Origin: Alphaproteobacteria bacterium
Lineage (GTDB): Bacteria > Pseudomonadota > Alphaproteobacteria > 16-39-46 > JAJRRM01
Direction: 5' to 3'
DNA: 64,000 bases
NCBI GenBank assembly: GCA_024279475.1
Contig: JAJRRM010000114.1
Span: forward strand, 6,803 to 70,802
Position 1 is the first letter of the stretch. The number at the start of each line of letters is the position of its first letter. The notes under the pieces are model-generated. The model ran no database searches and was not told where the DNA came from. It saw nothing but the letters and a program-made list of their open reading frames with translations. Positions 7,324 through 18,200 of this stretch are shown here, piece by piece. The position numbers and the translations under genes were made by a program.

Positions 7324-10242
7324 TTATAAGTCTGTAAGTATTGTTCTAAAAATACCAGGTGCCAAAATAGAAGCTGCGTTCACATCTATCTCTGGATTAT
7401 CTAGGTCTCCCTTAACATTAAAAGTGAAAGAAAAAACACCTTCTCCTTCGCCACCACCAAGTATATATCCAATAATAGGAATATAGGAAATAGTCCCGTT
7501 TATGAAGTTCATAGGCGTAAGTGTCCCTTTCATTTTAATAACTCTTTTTGGCATAAAACGGACCTGCCCTTGAGTAGAAATACCGATAGATATACTAGAA
7601 GCAATCGCCTTAGATATGTCCAGAACACTATCTTTATATTTAAAATCTATATTTAAAGAAGAAAATGATAGCCCTTCTTCATTATTTAAGAGGTCTAGAA
7701 TTCCGACTAGAGAGGCTACAGAAAGCATGCGCGCCATGATAGGTGCTTTAAGAATCCTAAAGTCAGTTAGCTCTGCCTTTCCAGACCATAGCCCCTCTAT
7801 TGAAAGCTCTGCATCTAACCTTAGATTACCTCCTGCAGCCTTATCCATTAAACCTAATAATTTTAATAAATATCCTGCCTCTTTAGCCTTAACTGTTAAT
7901 ATGCCTTTTGGTTTTACTTTTTTATCCTCCCCATAGTCTTTTCCTGCTTCTTTTTTAGCTAAAGAATTAAATTTATAATTAATTTCAGCATTCCCTTTTG
8001 CTTCCACTTTTTCTTCCTTCAAAAAAGTAGTATAAAAATCAAATGATTGAGGAACTCCCTTTTCCATAACAAAATTAAGGTACGTTTTATTTAAAGGTTC
8101 TTTAGGAGAGTTTATAGTAACTGCTTCACTTTTAATTTTTAGGTTAAGAGATGTTTCTGAAGAATTATTATCGACTAAATTTTTATTGTGAATAATATAA
8201 TACTGCCAATACGGCGTAAAATCTAGCGTTTTAGCATCTATTTTTACTAACCACTTATTTTTTTCTGAGCGAGTAATAAAACTTCTTTTAATTTTGTTAT
8301 TTGCATAACTTGTATCATAGATCTCTAAATTTTCCAAAAATCCTTCATCGTCAAACTTCATATTCCCCTGAAATTTAAATTCTTTTCCTTTTTCTTTTCC
8401 CTTAAAATAAACATCTCTAAAGAAGAGTGGTTTTTCCTTTACAAAAACTATTGTTCCCTTAAAAACAGCCTCTTCTTTTGCAGGTTTTATAAAAGAGATC
8501 CAGGGGAGTCTTACCTTTAACGGTTTTGCATTTACAGTGATTTTCAACGTTGAATCTGCCTTAATATATTCTTCGTATAAAATCTTGAAATCTGTAGGTT
8601 CTGTACTGCTAACAAAACGACTCACATCTACATTAAATTTATTAGCTAAACTAAGAGGACCTTTACCCTTAATAGTTAACTGATTCATAATGTCTACGGA
8701 GTCATCAAAATTTGAATTCAATTCAATAGTTGCATTAATATTTTCTATTATACCTTTGCCGTGCATTCTTAACTCTTTTTCAGTAATTGTGTACTCTATA
8801 TCTGCTTCTCGCAAATCATACGGCAAATCTTTTGGAAACTTAGAGATAACAAGGCCATGCATCGATCCTTTTATATATAAGCTAATGTCTTTAAACATCA
8901 AATCTTTTAGCAACAAAAAATCAAATACAAGATCCATTTCTGTTTGCCCTGTAACTCTATCAATATCAAAACCTACCTTGTCTATGTAATTGAGAGGAGT
9001 TTTATTGATAATTTTTAGAAAGTCTGGAAGCTTTCCCCCCATGCTTGCTTCTATTTTTATATTCTGTATGTCTTTATCAAGATCATAAATACGCACTTTC
9101 CCCTTTGTCAGATCAACAGAACCTATTTTTCCTTTCTTTATATAAATCCTAAGATCTTTTTCTGAAAAAACTACATCAGCTTGCAGACCCTGAATAAGCG
9201 GCAAATCACCCAAGTAGGAAATAACTCCATCTATAAACTTAAAGTGCCCCTCTAGTAGTAAATCTAGAACCTGCTCTTTATCATCTATAGAAAACTTAAG
9301 ATTTCCCAATACTCCTTGAATCATACCTTTTTTTAAGTTCTTACTTACCCAATTATGAGCACCCTTTGCCACTATATCTGGCCAAATCTGTTTCAAATAC
9401 TGTACATTGAAATCTTCAGTAGACTCTAAGGTTGCATCTAATAATAACTTGTTCTTAAGAATATCTAGGCAAGCTTTTACCTTGAAAATATTTTTATCTA
9501 TATTAATATTATGAATATTTAGGAGTATTTTATCCTTTTGAATATCAAGGTTCGCTTTAAATTCACTTATTTTTAGAGGTCTATTTGGAAACATATAATT
9601 GTTTTTTAAGATAAGCGGACTTTTCAAATAAAAATAAAAACCAAGTCCCTGTTTTTTTTGATCTTCATACTTCACGTTAAACACCACGTTTTTCAAATGA
9701 ATCAACTCTTTTTTAGGACCAACTTTTCCTACAATAAGATCCGGAATAACTAAAGTGAACTGCATATATTTAGTTTCTGCCAGTTTAGGCACCATAGTCA
9801 TAAGTGTTTTAAAGATGCCTTCCCAATCATGCTGATACGTTGTAGGTCTTTTAGTTTTTTCTTCTTTTAGTTTTCCCTGCTGAAAATATATCAAATCAAG
9901 CTTGTTTGTTTTTAACTCTACTTTTAGAAAATGTAATTTTCCCTTTAGTAAGTCTATCCATTTTGGCGTAATATAGATTTTAAAAGGAGCTTGCCTTTTA
10001 CCCAGTTCGGGAACTTTAAATGTAATAACTAATCTAAGCTTAGTATGGATTAAAGATAGTTCCAGTTTGCTTACTGTTTTTACACGTTTAGACTCTTTTA
10101 CATATCCTTTAACCCATGTTAAATCTATAGGAGCTATAAGCAATCTTATGAAAAGAGCAATAAAAGCTATACTAAGAATAGATAAAAACCAAATACTTAA
10201 GCTTTTTATAAGTCTGACAATATATTTTAGAGTTTTCATCAA
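7324..10242 (-). CDS. AsmA/YhdP-like large envelope protein (DUF3971/AsmA2-type)
   Basis: 972 aa with a single N-terminal TM helix and a long beta-rich body. The C-terminal end (GDLDNPEIDVNAASILAPGIFRTIL) is typical of the YhdP/AsmA-like family. Confidence 0.65.
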   Translation of the reverse strand: MMKTLKYIVRLIKSLSIWFLSILSIAFIALFIRLLIAPIDLTWVKGYVKESKRVKTVSKLELSLIHTKLRLVITFKVPELGKRQAPFKIYITPKWIDLLKGKLHFLKVELKTNKLDLIYFQQGKLKEEKTKRPTTYQHDWEGIFKTLMTMVPKLAETKYMQFTLVIPDLIVGKVGPKKELIHLKNVVFNVKYEDQKKQGLGFYFYLKSPLILKNNYMFPNRPLKISEFKANLDIQKDKILLNIHNINIDKNIFKVKACLDILKNKLLLDATLESTEDFNVQYLKQIWPDIVAKGAHNWVSKNLKKGMIQGVLGNLKFSIDDKEQVLDLLLEGHFKFIDGVISYLGDLPLIQGLQADVVFSEKDLRIYIKKGKIGSVDLTKGKVRIYDLDKDIQNIKIEASMGGKLPDFLKIINKTPLNYIDKVGFDIDRVTGQTEMDLVFDFLLLKDLMFKDISLYIKGSMHGLVISKFPKDLPYDLREADIEYTITEKELRMHGKGIIENINATIELNSNFDDSVDIMNQLTIKGKGPLSLANKFNVDVSRFVSSTEPTDFKILYEEYIKADSTLKITVNAKPLKVRLPWISFIKPAKEEAVFKGTIVFVKEKPLFFRDVYFKGKEKGKEFKFQGNMKFDDEGFLENLEIYDTSYANNKIKRSFITRSEKNKWLVKIDAKTLDFTPYWQYYIIHNKNLVDNNSSETSLNLKIKSEAVTINSPKEPLNKTYLNFVMEKGVPQSFDFYTTFLKEEKVEAKGNAEINYKFNSLAKKEAGKDYGEDKKVKPKGILTVKAKEAGYLLKLLGLMDKAAGGNLRLDAELSIEGLWSGKAELTDFRILKAPIMARMLSVASLVGILDLLNNEEGLSFSSLNIDFKYKDSVLDISKAIASSISIGISTQGQVRFMPKRVIKMKGTLTPMNFINGTISYIPIIGYILGGGEGEGVFSFTFNVKGDLDNPEIDVNAASILAPGIFRTILTDL

Positions 10243-10531
10243 GTAAAATGATACCTTTGTATACGAATTAAATAGAAGTTCGTTGCCTATTATTCCTTAT
10301 TTACTATACATACGTTTGAAAAGAAAGATATGTTAATTTTAATATTTATATCATATATCGCAGATATTTTTCATAGTATTTTTAAGAAAAATGCTAACCT
10401 TTATTGCTTAGTAAAATAAAAACTTTTCATATGAAATCAATTTTTGTACACTGCTTTTGCTTCTTTCTATTACCCCTTCTATTTTTTAATTTTTCTTGGC
10501 TACATAACCCTTAAACAGTAAGAGTATTTTC

Positions 10532-11470
10532 ATGCCCAAAATTATTATTAGAACTATTCTACTCGAAGAAAATAATTTGCGCTTGGATAAGTGGTTTCAC
10601 CACCAAGAGATTGGACTACCTTTTTCCTACGTGCAAAAACTCTGCCGCTCTGGTCAGGTGCGTATTAATGGCAAACGTGTAAAAAGCAATCATCGCATAA
10701 AAGCTGGAGATAGTGTCCGTTTTCCATTTTTTAAACTCCTAGAACCTATAATGAAGGAGTCCAGGTCCTATTCTTCTAAAGATCACGCTATTATAGATAA
10801 CCTTATTATTAATATTGTTTTTCAAGATAAAGATTATATTGTCCTCAATAAACCCTCTGGTTTAGCTGTACAAGGTGGAACCAATATAGATCACCATTTG
10901 AGTATGCTGCTACCTCTTCTTTCTAAATGTCTCTCCCTTCCTAACAAAACACTTCATATACCTCATCGATTAGATCGAGACACCTCTGGCCTCCTAATAA
11001 TAGCCAAATCATCTTTAGCATCTAAAAATATTGCTGAAGCATTTAAGGAAAAGAAAATACAGAAAAGATATTTAGCTCTATGTAATAAATATCCTACAAA
11101 AAAATCTGGGAAAATCACTATGAAAATAAGTAAAGATAAAGGAAAAAATAAGCGTACCATGGTTCAAGATAACAAGTATGGAAAAGAAGCTATTACCCAG
11201 TACACTTGCTTAGATAAAACGGGGAAAATAGCTTCTCTACTAGAGCTTGTACCTCTTACAGGGAGAACACACCAATTGCGTGTTGCATGTCAAAAACTTG
11301 GTTGTCCCGTAATAGGAGACAAACGTTACAATCCTGCCTCTTCTTTGAAAGAGATTATGATGCTTCACGCATGGCAACTCATCTGGACAGAAAAAAAATG
11401 GGAATTCACAGCTCCCCTATCCCCAGAATTTACTAACAAAGCTTTTAATCTGAATCTTAAGCTTCCATAA
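10532..11470 (+). CDS. RluA-superfamily 23S rRNA pseudouridine synthase (RluC/RluD type) with an N-terminal S4 domain
   Basis: Catalytic motif HRLDRDTSGLLIIAK and an S4-like N-terminus (RLDKWF...RINGKRVK). Confidence 0.85.
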   Translation: MPKIIIRTILLEENNLRLDKWFHHQEIGLPFSYVQKLCRSGQVRINGKRVKSNHRIKAGDSVRFPFFKLLEPIMKESRSYSSKDHAIIDNLIINIVFQDKDYIVLNKPSGLAVQGGTNIDHHLSMLLPLLSKCLSLPNKTLHIPHRLDRDTSGLLIIAKSSLASKNIAEAFKEKKIQKRYLALCNKYPTKKSGKITMKISKDKGKNKRTMVQDNKYGKEAITQYTCLDKTGKIASLLELVPLTGRTHQLRVACQKLGCPVIGDKRYNPASSLKEIMMLHAWQLIWTEKKWEFTAPLSPEFTNKAFNLNLKLP

Positions 11471-11640
11471 TTCAAATGCTAAAAAAGACAAAGTCTATAT
11501 ACAGAGTAATCTCTAGAACTGTATCCCCCCACGGGGCTTAATGAGATAATCCTCCTTCTTTTAAATTTTATCTGTTTTCTTAAAAGAAAATAAAGAACTA
11601 TATCATGCAGTAGATAGAAGCTATTAATATAAATATAATT

Positions 11641-12252
11641 CTATCTAGGTTCTAGATTTATTTCAGCAAAATCCCAATTCACAAGTTTGTTAAGAAAAGT
11701 TGTCACGTAATCTGGACGACGATTTTGATAATCTAGATAGTAAGCATGTTCCCACACATCGCACGTAATAAGCGGCTTATAGATTGGCATTGTCAACGGT
11801 GTCTGTGCATTCCCTGTTTTAATAACATCAAGTTTTCCATCTTTTTTTGCCACAAGCCAGGTCCATCCAGAGCCAAACTGCGTTGCTGCAGCCTGTTTAA
11901 AAACATCCAGAAAACTGTCAAAAGATCCAAAAGAATCTTGGATCATTTCCATCAGTACACCCTTTGGCAAACCTCCCCCTCCTGGGCGCATACTATGCCA
12001 GTAAAATGTATGGTTCCAAACCTGTGCAGCATTATTAAATATAGAAACCAAATCATCATTATCATTAGATTTTTGGATAATTTCAACCAAATTTTTACCA
12101 GCTAGATCTGTACCTGTTATTAATTTATTTAAGTTTTTTCCATATGCTTGATGATGCTTCATATAATGAAATTCTAGTGTTTTAGCGCTAATATATGGCT
12201 CTAGAGCATTTAAATTATAAGGAAGCTTTGGAATTTCAATAGTCATTATCAT
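11641..12252 (-). CDS. sodB: Fe-type superoxide dismutase
   Basis: LPKLPYNLNALEPYIS...EFHYMKHHQAY, AAQVWNHTFYW and DVWEHAYYLDYQNRRPDY. Confidence 0.9.
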   Translation of the reverse strand: MIMTIEIPKLPYNLNALEPYISAKTLEFHYMKHHQAYGKNLNKLITGTDLAGKNLVEIIQKSNDNDDLVSIFNNAAQVWNHTFYWHSMRPGGGGLPKGVLMEMIQDSFGSFDSFLDVFKQAAATQFGSGWTWLVAKKDGKLDVIKTGNAQTPLTMPIYKPLITCDVWEHAYYLDYQNRRPDYVTTFLNKLVNWDFAEINLEPR

Positions 12253-12861
12253 GCCTTTTTATTATTACATTGCACAATAGGATAACAACTCCGCTATTAG
12301 ATAGCAAGAATGTCTTTTTATCTTTCCACACACGAGGTATAAAAACATCTATTATAGATTAATTCTTAAAAAGCTAATTATATTACTTTAAGTGTCATTA
12401 AAATAGTATCACCCTACTTTGAAAATACAAGGTAAACTATAGTCATGTAGAGGGGGATGGCTTTCCCAAGTTAATCTATCTCTTCTATATTTAAATGCTC
12501 ACTCCTTAACAAAAATCATCTCATAAGAGTATAATAGAGAGCGATGAATAGTAACTTACAAATCTAAAAATAAGTTTAAAGTCTCTTCTAATTTCTCATC
12601 ACTTAAGTGATGCCAAGCTTGCAGAAGTAATCCCTTTATAAGGCCTGATACTCATATCCCTTGGGTCCGACTACTTCTATCCAGTTTAACTGCTATTCAA
12701 CGGACGTCCTTCCAGTACACTACCTCTTCTACTACTTTCAAAAGATTTTTTTCAAACCGACGTTACACTTCCAGTATTAAAAAACTCATGAGATTTTCCC
12801 TCTTTTTATCTTTATAATCCTGAGCTGAATCTTTTTTTTTAATTAGAAATACCTTTTTATC

Positions 12862-13095
12862 TACTTATTCATCTGTCTCAAATATGAAAGCTACCATGGT
12901 CTTGAAAAAACGATTCTGGAGAGAGGTATTGAAGTGGGTCATACAACACTCTATCGTTAGATTCAACAGACTGCTACAGAAGTAGAGAAACGATTATGTT
13001 GGTATTGGAAACCTTCTCTAGAATATAACTGGAGAGTTAATAAACTCCCTATGAAGGTAAAAATAAATTTCTCTTACTCTTTATGGTGTTGTTGA
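12862..13095 (+). pseudogene. decayed IS6-family (IS26-like) transposase N-terminal fragment
   Basis: The frame reads YLFICLKYESYHGLEKTILERGIEVGHTTLYR*IQQTATEVEKRLCWYWKPSLEYNWRVNKLPMKVKINFSYSLWCC*. This is collinear with IS26 Tnp ...WYCKYGISYRELQEMLAERGVNVDHSTIYRWVQRYAPEMEKRLRWYW...W..DETYVKVNG..YLYRAVD, with a stop in place of the conserved Trp. Confidence 0.6.
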
Positions 13096-13257
13096 TAAAT
13101 AGGGCCGTTTTTACTCACTTATACATTGATCTCTACTAATCAAAAAACGGGTAAAATATCCTTATTACTTAGATGTTGTACCCTAATATTAAAATATTTA
13201 TGTGCTATTTTAACCTCTCGTTAAGAAAAAATCCCTTATGCAACTATATCCTTCATT

Positions 13258-13276
13258 GGCTCTGTTTCAACAATAG
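13258..13276 (+). repeat. candidate IS6-family terminal inverted repeat (solo end)
   Basis: GGCTCTGTTTCAACAATAG compared with the IS26 IR GGCACTGTTGCAAATAG from memory. The following AAAATTTATC also resembles IS26 AAACTTATC. Confidence 0.35.
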
Positions 13277-13481
13277 AAAAAATTTATCTCTTTTGTATTG
13301 CGTTTGTTCTTAAAACTGTGTATTCAGACTGCAGGCATAAACATGCTGGTTATATTAGCTTCCTTAAATAAATTTACGTGGATTTGATGACTACCGATCT
13401 TAAAGTGAGATCTCCAAAAGCATTCAATTTCTTTATCATTTTTAATTTTTCTATCAATATAGCAATTGGGAGCATCTTGTA

Positions 13482-15020
13482 ATGACAGCTCCCTTTCTTA
13501 ATAAAAAAAGCCCTCTTAGTCGTACGCGATCTTTTTTTTGGCCTATTCACGGATATGAAATGAAAAAATTTCTTCCTATGGCTATTATGATGTTCTTAGT
13601 TCTTTTTAACTATACAATTCTTCGCAATACAAAAGATGCTTTAATTGTGACTTTATGTGGCCCAGAGGTTATTCCTTTCTTAAAAGGTCTTCTTATTATG
13701 CCTATTTCTATCTTCTTTGTGGCACTTTATGCTAAGTGTCTTAACGTATATAAAGTTGAAACTGTTTTTTACCTTGCTATTAGCTTGTTTATTTCATTCT
13801 TTGCTTTTTTCTCTCTCTTTCTCTACCCCAATCATGAATTTTTAGAACCTTCTCCTGAAAAGATATTAGCCTTAAAAATAACCTATCCCTCTTTACAGCA
13901 TTTGATATCTGTCTATGGCAATTGGGTAGCATCTATTTTTTACATATTCTCTGAACTGTGGGGAACTCTTGTTTTAGGGCTATTATTTTGGCAGTTTGCC
14001 AACGAAATAACACGCATAGCAGAAGCCAAGCGTTTTTATCCTATGTTTGCCTTTCTAGGTCATTTTGGACTTATTGCTGCAGGACTTATTATGGTTTACT
14101 TATGCAAGTTTCAGTCAATAGGAAAACCCGGGGTAAAAATGTGCTCAAGCTATTTAAACGATATTATGTTAACAGTGATTGTAGCTTCTCTCCTCATTAT
14201 GGCTATTTATCGCTGGATGAATCTAAAAGTTTTAACAAATATACAATATTATGACGCAGCCTCTAAAGACTATAAAAAAAATTATCAAAGACCTAAGTAT
14301 TCTTTACGAGAAAGCTTTAAACACGTTATAAACTCTCCCTACATAGGCTTAATTTCTATTCTTGTTTTAGGCTATGGATTTTCTAATAATATATTAAGTC
14401 TTATTTGGAAAAAACAGATAAAACTACAGTATGATACTGTTGTGGAATATAGTCAATTCATGGCAAATTTTTCCTCTATTCTAGGGATTGTAACCGTAAT
14501 ACTTATCTATTTTTTCAAAGGCACCGTTCTTCGTTTTGGGTGGCTTAGTGGTGCTCTTGTAACGCCTATTTTTTTAGCTATTACAGGAAGTATTTTTTTC
14601 TATTTTATTTTTTTTGGCGATAAAATGTCTTCTTTTATAGCTCTGTTCATGGTTACACCTCTATTTTTTACGCTTATTATAGGAACAGTGCAGCAAGTAT
14701 TAAGTAAGTGTGCAAAATACTCTATGTTTGACCCTACAAAAGAAATGGCTTATATTCCTCTAGATCCTGACCTAAAAACCCGCGGTAAAGCAGCAGTTGA
14801 CGTAATTGGCCACACCTTCAGTAAAGCTAGTAGTGGTTATGTTGTAGGCGGACTTCTTATCCTTACTCAGGCAAGTGACTTAATGTTCATCGCCCCTTAT
14901 CTAGCTGGACTGATAGCGATTATGATTGTTGTTTGGATTTTAGCTACTCAAGCTCTCTACAAACGCTATAAAATATTATTAGCTCAAAAATCTGCTAAAG
15001 AAGAATCTTTATCCTCTTAA
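13482..15020 (+). CDS. tlc: ATP/ADP translocase (Tlc/NTT nucleotide transporter family)
   Basis: 512-aa polytopic protein. The N-terminus (FFWPIHGYEMKKFLPMAIMMFLVLFNYTILRNTKDALIV) and later motifs (FWQFANEIT, KRFYPMF, PTKEMAYIPLD) are typical of Rickettsia/Chlamydia-type nucleotide transporters. Confidence 0.9.
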   Translation: MTAPFLNKKSPLSRTRSFFWPIHGYEMKKFLPMAIMMFLVLFNYTILRNTKDALIVTLCGPEVIPFLKGLLIMPISIFFVALYAKCLNVYKVETVFYLAISLFISFFAFFSLFLYPNHEFLEPSPEKILALKITYPSLQHLISVYGNWVASIFYIFSELWGTLVLGLLFWQFANEITRIAEAKRFYPMFAFLGHFGLIAAGLIMVYLCKFQSIGKPGVKMCSSYLNDIMLTVIVASLLIMAIYRWMNLKVLTNIQYYDAASKDYKKNYQRPKYSLRESFKHVINSPYIGLISILVLGYGFSNNILSLIWKKQIKLQYDTVVEYSQFMANFSSILGIVTVILIYFFKGTVLRFGWLSGALVTPIFLAITGSIFFYFIFFGDKMSSFIALFMVTPLFFTLIIGTVQQVLSKCAKYSMFDPTKEMAYIPLDPDLKTRGKAAVDVIGHTFSKASSGYVVGGLLILTQASDLMFIAPYLAGLIAIMIVVWILATQALYKRYKILLAQKSAKEESLSS

Positions 15021-15091
15021 CACGCTACTTATCAAAGTTGATCAAGCCTTTTAAACTTGTTAAGGTATGGTAGAAGAAAGTCAGGAAAATC

Positions 15092-15856
15092 ATGAATGGT
15101 CCAAAAAATGCTAAGGTTTCTTTTGGTTTTAAGCAAGTAGAGCCTCAAGAAAAAACTGAATTAGTAAAAAATATCTTTAGCCGTGTAGCATCTAAATATG
15201 ACATTATGAATGATGCCATGAGTTTTTTTCAGCATCGTTTGTGGAAAAAACAATTTGTAAGCAAGATTTTTTTATATACTAGCTCGCGATTACTTGATGT
15301 TTCTTGTGGCAGTGGTGACATAGCCTATTTGCTCTATAAAAAAGCCAAAAATAAGGACTTTTATTTATCCCCTATCACTTTATTAGACCCCAATGAAGAT
15401 ATGCTTAAACAAGCAAAAAATCGCTTTATTGATAAAGGATTATTAAAATCTTTTATCTACACATTAGCCCCCGCAGAAGAACTTCCTTTTGAAGACAATA
15501 GTTTTGATATATATACTATTTCTTTTGGTCTACGCAATGTGACAGATCGTAGAAAAGCGCTGAAAGAAGCTAAACGTATTCTTGCACCTAATAGCACTTT
15601 CTATTGCTTAGAGTTCAGCCGCCCGAAGTGGCCTGGCTTAGACACTCTATACGACCTCTACTCTTTTAAATTTATACCCAGGTTAGGAGAGTACATTGCA
15701 AATGATAAAGAGGCCTATGAGTACCTGGTAGAAAGCATCCGCTTGTTTCCATCTCAAAAACAACTGTGCAAAGAACTTGAAGAAGCTGGATTTACTCAAA
15801 TTTCTTATAAAAATATAGCAGGTGGTATTGCAGCTATTCACATAGCACACACTTGA
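15092..15856 (+). CDS. ubiE: ubiquinone/menaquinone biosynthesis C-methyltransferase
   Basis: VFSRVASKYDIMNDAMSF..HRLWK, SAM motif LDVSCGSGD and FGLRNVTD. Confidence 0.9.
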   Translation: MNGPKNAKVSFGFKQVEPQEKTELVKNIFSRVASKYDIMNDAMSFFQHRLWKKQFVSKIFLYTSSRLLDVSCGSGDIAYLLYKKAKNKDFYLSPITLLDPNEDMLKQAKNRFIDKGLLKSFIYTLAPAEELPFEDNSFDIYTISFGLRNVTDRRKALKEAKRILAPNSTFYCLEFSRPKWPGLDTLYDLYSFKFIPRLGEYIANDKEAYEYLVESIRLFPSQKQLCKELEEAGFTQISYKNIAGGIAAIHIAHT

Positions 15857-15933
15857 TATAAGCTTGAATAGAAAAATTTCTTTTATTTTCTAGCTACTAA
15901 TGCTAAAAATATTTCTGTTTACTTAGCCTAAGA

Positions 15934-16635
15934 ATGACGAGCCTTATGACTGAAAATAAATCTATCTTCTATGGCCGCCGTATTGGCCGACCTCTAAAGT
16001 CCCTAAATAAGGGACTCTTAACCCATTTTTTTCCTAAATACGAATTAATTTTTCCAAAAAATATAGAAGAAAAACTTGACCCTAAGATTCTTTTTCCAAC
16101 TGCTACCACATTTTCTCTAGAGATTGGCTTTGGTACAGGTACTCACCTTTTTTCTCAAGCAAAAGGAAATCCTAATACAGGGTTTATTGGTAGTGAACCT
16201 TACTTGAGCGGCGTATCACAGCTTTTGAAAAACCTTCAGGAAGAACCTTTAAAAAATATTCTCTTATCTCTTACACCTGTACAAACTCTTCTCACTTTTC
16301 TTAAATTATATAGCCTTGACCATATTTATATTCTCTTTCCTGACCCCTGGCCGAAAGCACGACATAATAAACGCCGTATAGTAAGCACACCAATGCTTAA
16401 AGTACTTAAAAAATATTTAAAACCAACAGGGAAAATTACCATATCTACAGACCATACTGATTATGCTGGATGGATGGAAGAAGCTTTTGAAAAGTCTCCT
16501 TTTATTTTGGAAAAAACCTATTTTCTAGAAACTCATAAACGACCTGTACATTGGCCCATAACCCGATTCGAAAACAAAGCTCACTTAGTTGGTAGACCTT
16601 GCAAAGTATATGAGTTGATCTTAAGTAAAACTTAG
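15934..16635 (+). CDS. trmB: tRNA (guanine-N7)-methyltransferase
   Basis: LEIGFGTG and FPDPWPKARHNKRR motifs. Confidence 0.85.
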   Translation: MTSLMTENKSIFYGRRIGRPLKSLNKGLLTHFFPKYELIFPKNIEEKLDPKILFPTATTFSLEIGFGTGTHLFSQAKGNPNTGFIGSEPYLSGVSQLLKNLQEEPLKNILLSLTPVQTLLTFLKLYSLDHIYILFPDPWPKARHNKRRIVSTPMLKVLKKYLKPTGKITISTDHTDYAGWMEEAFEKSPFILEKTYFLETHKRPVHWPITRFENKAHLVGRPCKVYELILSKT

Positions 16636-16826
16636 CATGTAGGTCTTTATATAGTAAGTTAACTTGAGGATTCTCCTTTTCGTGATTTTCCTACTATACA
16701 ACAAGCTATTGAGAATTATTTTAATAGGTATCGCCTTTAAGTTAATCTACCATAAAAATATAAAACTTTTAAACTATGAAAACATTTGTTCTATAGGTGG
16801 GATAGACTTCTACCTATATTGAGGGG

Positions 16827-18200
16827 CTAGATCATATATTCAGGCCTAACCCAAGCATCGAATTTCTCTTCTGATACATAACCTAGTTTTAGGGCTGACT
16901 CCTTAAGCGTTAAACCTTTTTCATGAGCCTGTTTTGCAATTTCTGCTGATTTATCATAACCAATATGTGGTGCTAACGCTGTTACTAAAAGTAAAGAATT
17001 ATTCAAATGTTCTTCAATACGATCTTTATTTGGTGCAAGTCCTTCTAGACAATTACTTCTAAAACTATCTAGAGCCCCTGACATCAAGCGCATACTCTGT
17101 AGTACATTATAGATAATCACCGGTTTATAGGTATTGAGTTCAAAATGACCAGAAGCACCCGCTATAGTCACTGCTGTATGGTTTCCAAATACTTGTACAC
17201 AAGTCATAGCAAGTGCCTCTGCTTGTGTAGGATTTATTTTACCTGGCATAATAGACGATCCTGGCTCATTAGCTGGTAATTCTAATTCCCCAAATCCACA
17301 TCTTGGTCCTGATGCCAAGAACCTAATATCATTAGCAATCTTCATAGCTGCACAACTTAGTGTATTTAATGTACCAGAGAAAGCTACCAATATATCATGA
17401 CTAGCCAAAGCTTTAAATTTGTTAGGAGCTGGTTTAAAGGGCAAACTTGTTAATTCAGCCAACTTACGAGCTATTTTCTTATCAAATCCCTTTGGCGCAT
17501 TGAGGCCTGTTCCAACAGCTGTACCACCTTGTGCCAAGAAAAAGACTTCACTTAGAGCTTGATTAATATACTCTCTACAACTTTTAATTTGTTGAGCATA
17601 ACCAGAAAATTCCTGTCCTAATGTAAGTGGAGTGGCATCTTGTAAATGTGTGCGACCAATTTTCACAATTGATGCATATTCTTTAGCTTTTTTATCTAAA
17701 TTTTTTTCAAAAGCCTCTAATGCTGGCAACATTGATTTTTTACATAATAAAGCTGTTGCCACATGCATAGCAGTAGGAAATGTATCGTTAGAAGACTGAC
17801 TTTTATTAACATGATCGTTGGGGTGTAAGGGTTTTTTTGAGCCTAATGGATACCCTAGAATTTCATTAGCACGGTTAGCCAATACCTCATTCATATTCAT
17901 ATTACTTTGCGTACCAGAACCTGTCTGCCAAACAACCAGTGGAAAATGCCCATCAAACTTGCCATCTAGCACCTCATCGCAAGCAAAAACAATAGTTTCA
18001 GCTAATTTTTTATCAAGAACCCCAATTTCTGCATTTACTAAAGCTGCCGCTTTTTTCACATAAGCCAATGCCTGAATAATTTCACCTGGCATAATTTCTG
18101 TTCCTATTTTGAAGTTATTCAAAGACCTCTGCGTTTGAGCTCCCCAATATTTATCTTCTGGCACATTAATTTTTCCCATAGAATCTATTTCTATCCGCAT
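16827..18200 (-). CDS. fumC: class II fumarate hydratase
   Basis: [16 protein letters not shown] signature. I prefer the ATG at 18200 ([10 protein letters not shown]) because AGGAGG lies just upstream. The track ORF extends to 18230. Confidence 0.9.
   Translation of the reverse strand: MRIEIDSMGKINVPEDKYWGAQTQRSLNNFKIGTEIMPGEIIQALAYVKKAAALVNAEIGVLDKKLAETIVFACDEVLDGKFDGHFPLVVWQTGSGTQSNMNMNEVLANRANEILGYPLGSKKPLHPNDHVNKSQSSNDTFPTAMHVATALLCKKSMLPALEAFEKNLDKKAKEYASIVKIGRTHLQDATPLTLGQEFSGYAQQIKSCREYINQALSEVFFLAQGGTAVGTGLNAPKGFDKKIARKLAELTSLPFKPAPNKFKALASHDILVAFSGTLNTLSCAAMKIANDIRFLASGPRCGFGELELPANEPGSSIMPGKINPTQAEALAMTCVQVFGNHTAVTIAGASGHFELNTYKPVIIYNVLQSMRLMSGALDSFRSNCLEGLAPNKDRIEEHLNNSLLLVTALAPHIGYDKSAEIAKQAHEKGLTLKESALKLGYVSEEKFDAWVRPEYMI

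Noticed and set aside
12690-12790. Imperfect direct repeat tcaacggacgtccttccagta / tcaaaccgacgttacacttccagta about 60 bp apart.
   Set aside because: It is too short and degenerate to call a functional repeat. It is probably more debris of decayed coding sequence in the IS-relic spacer.
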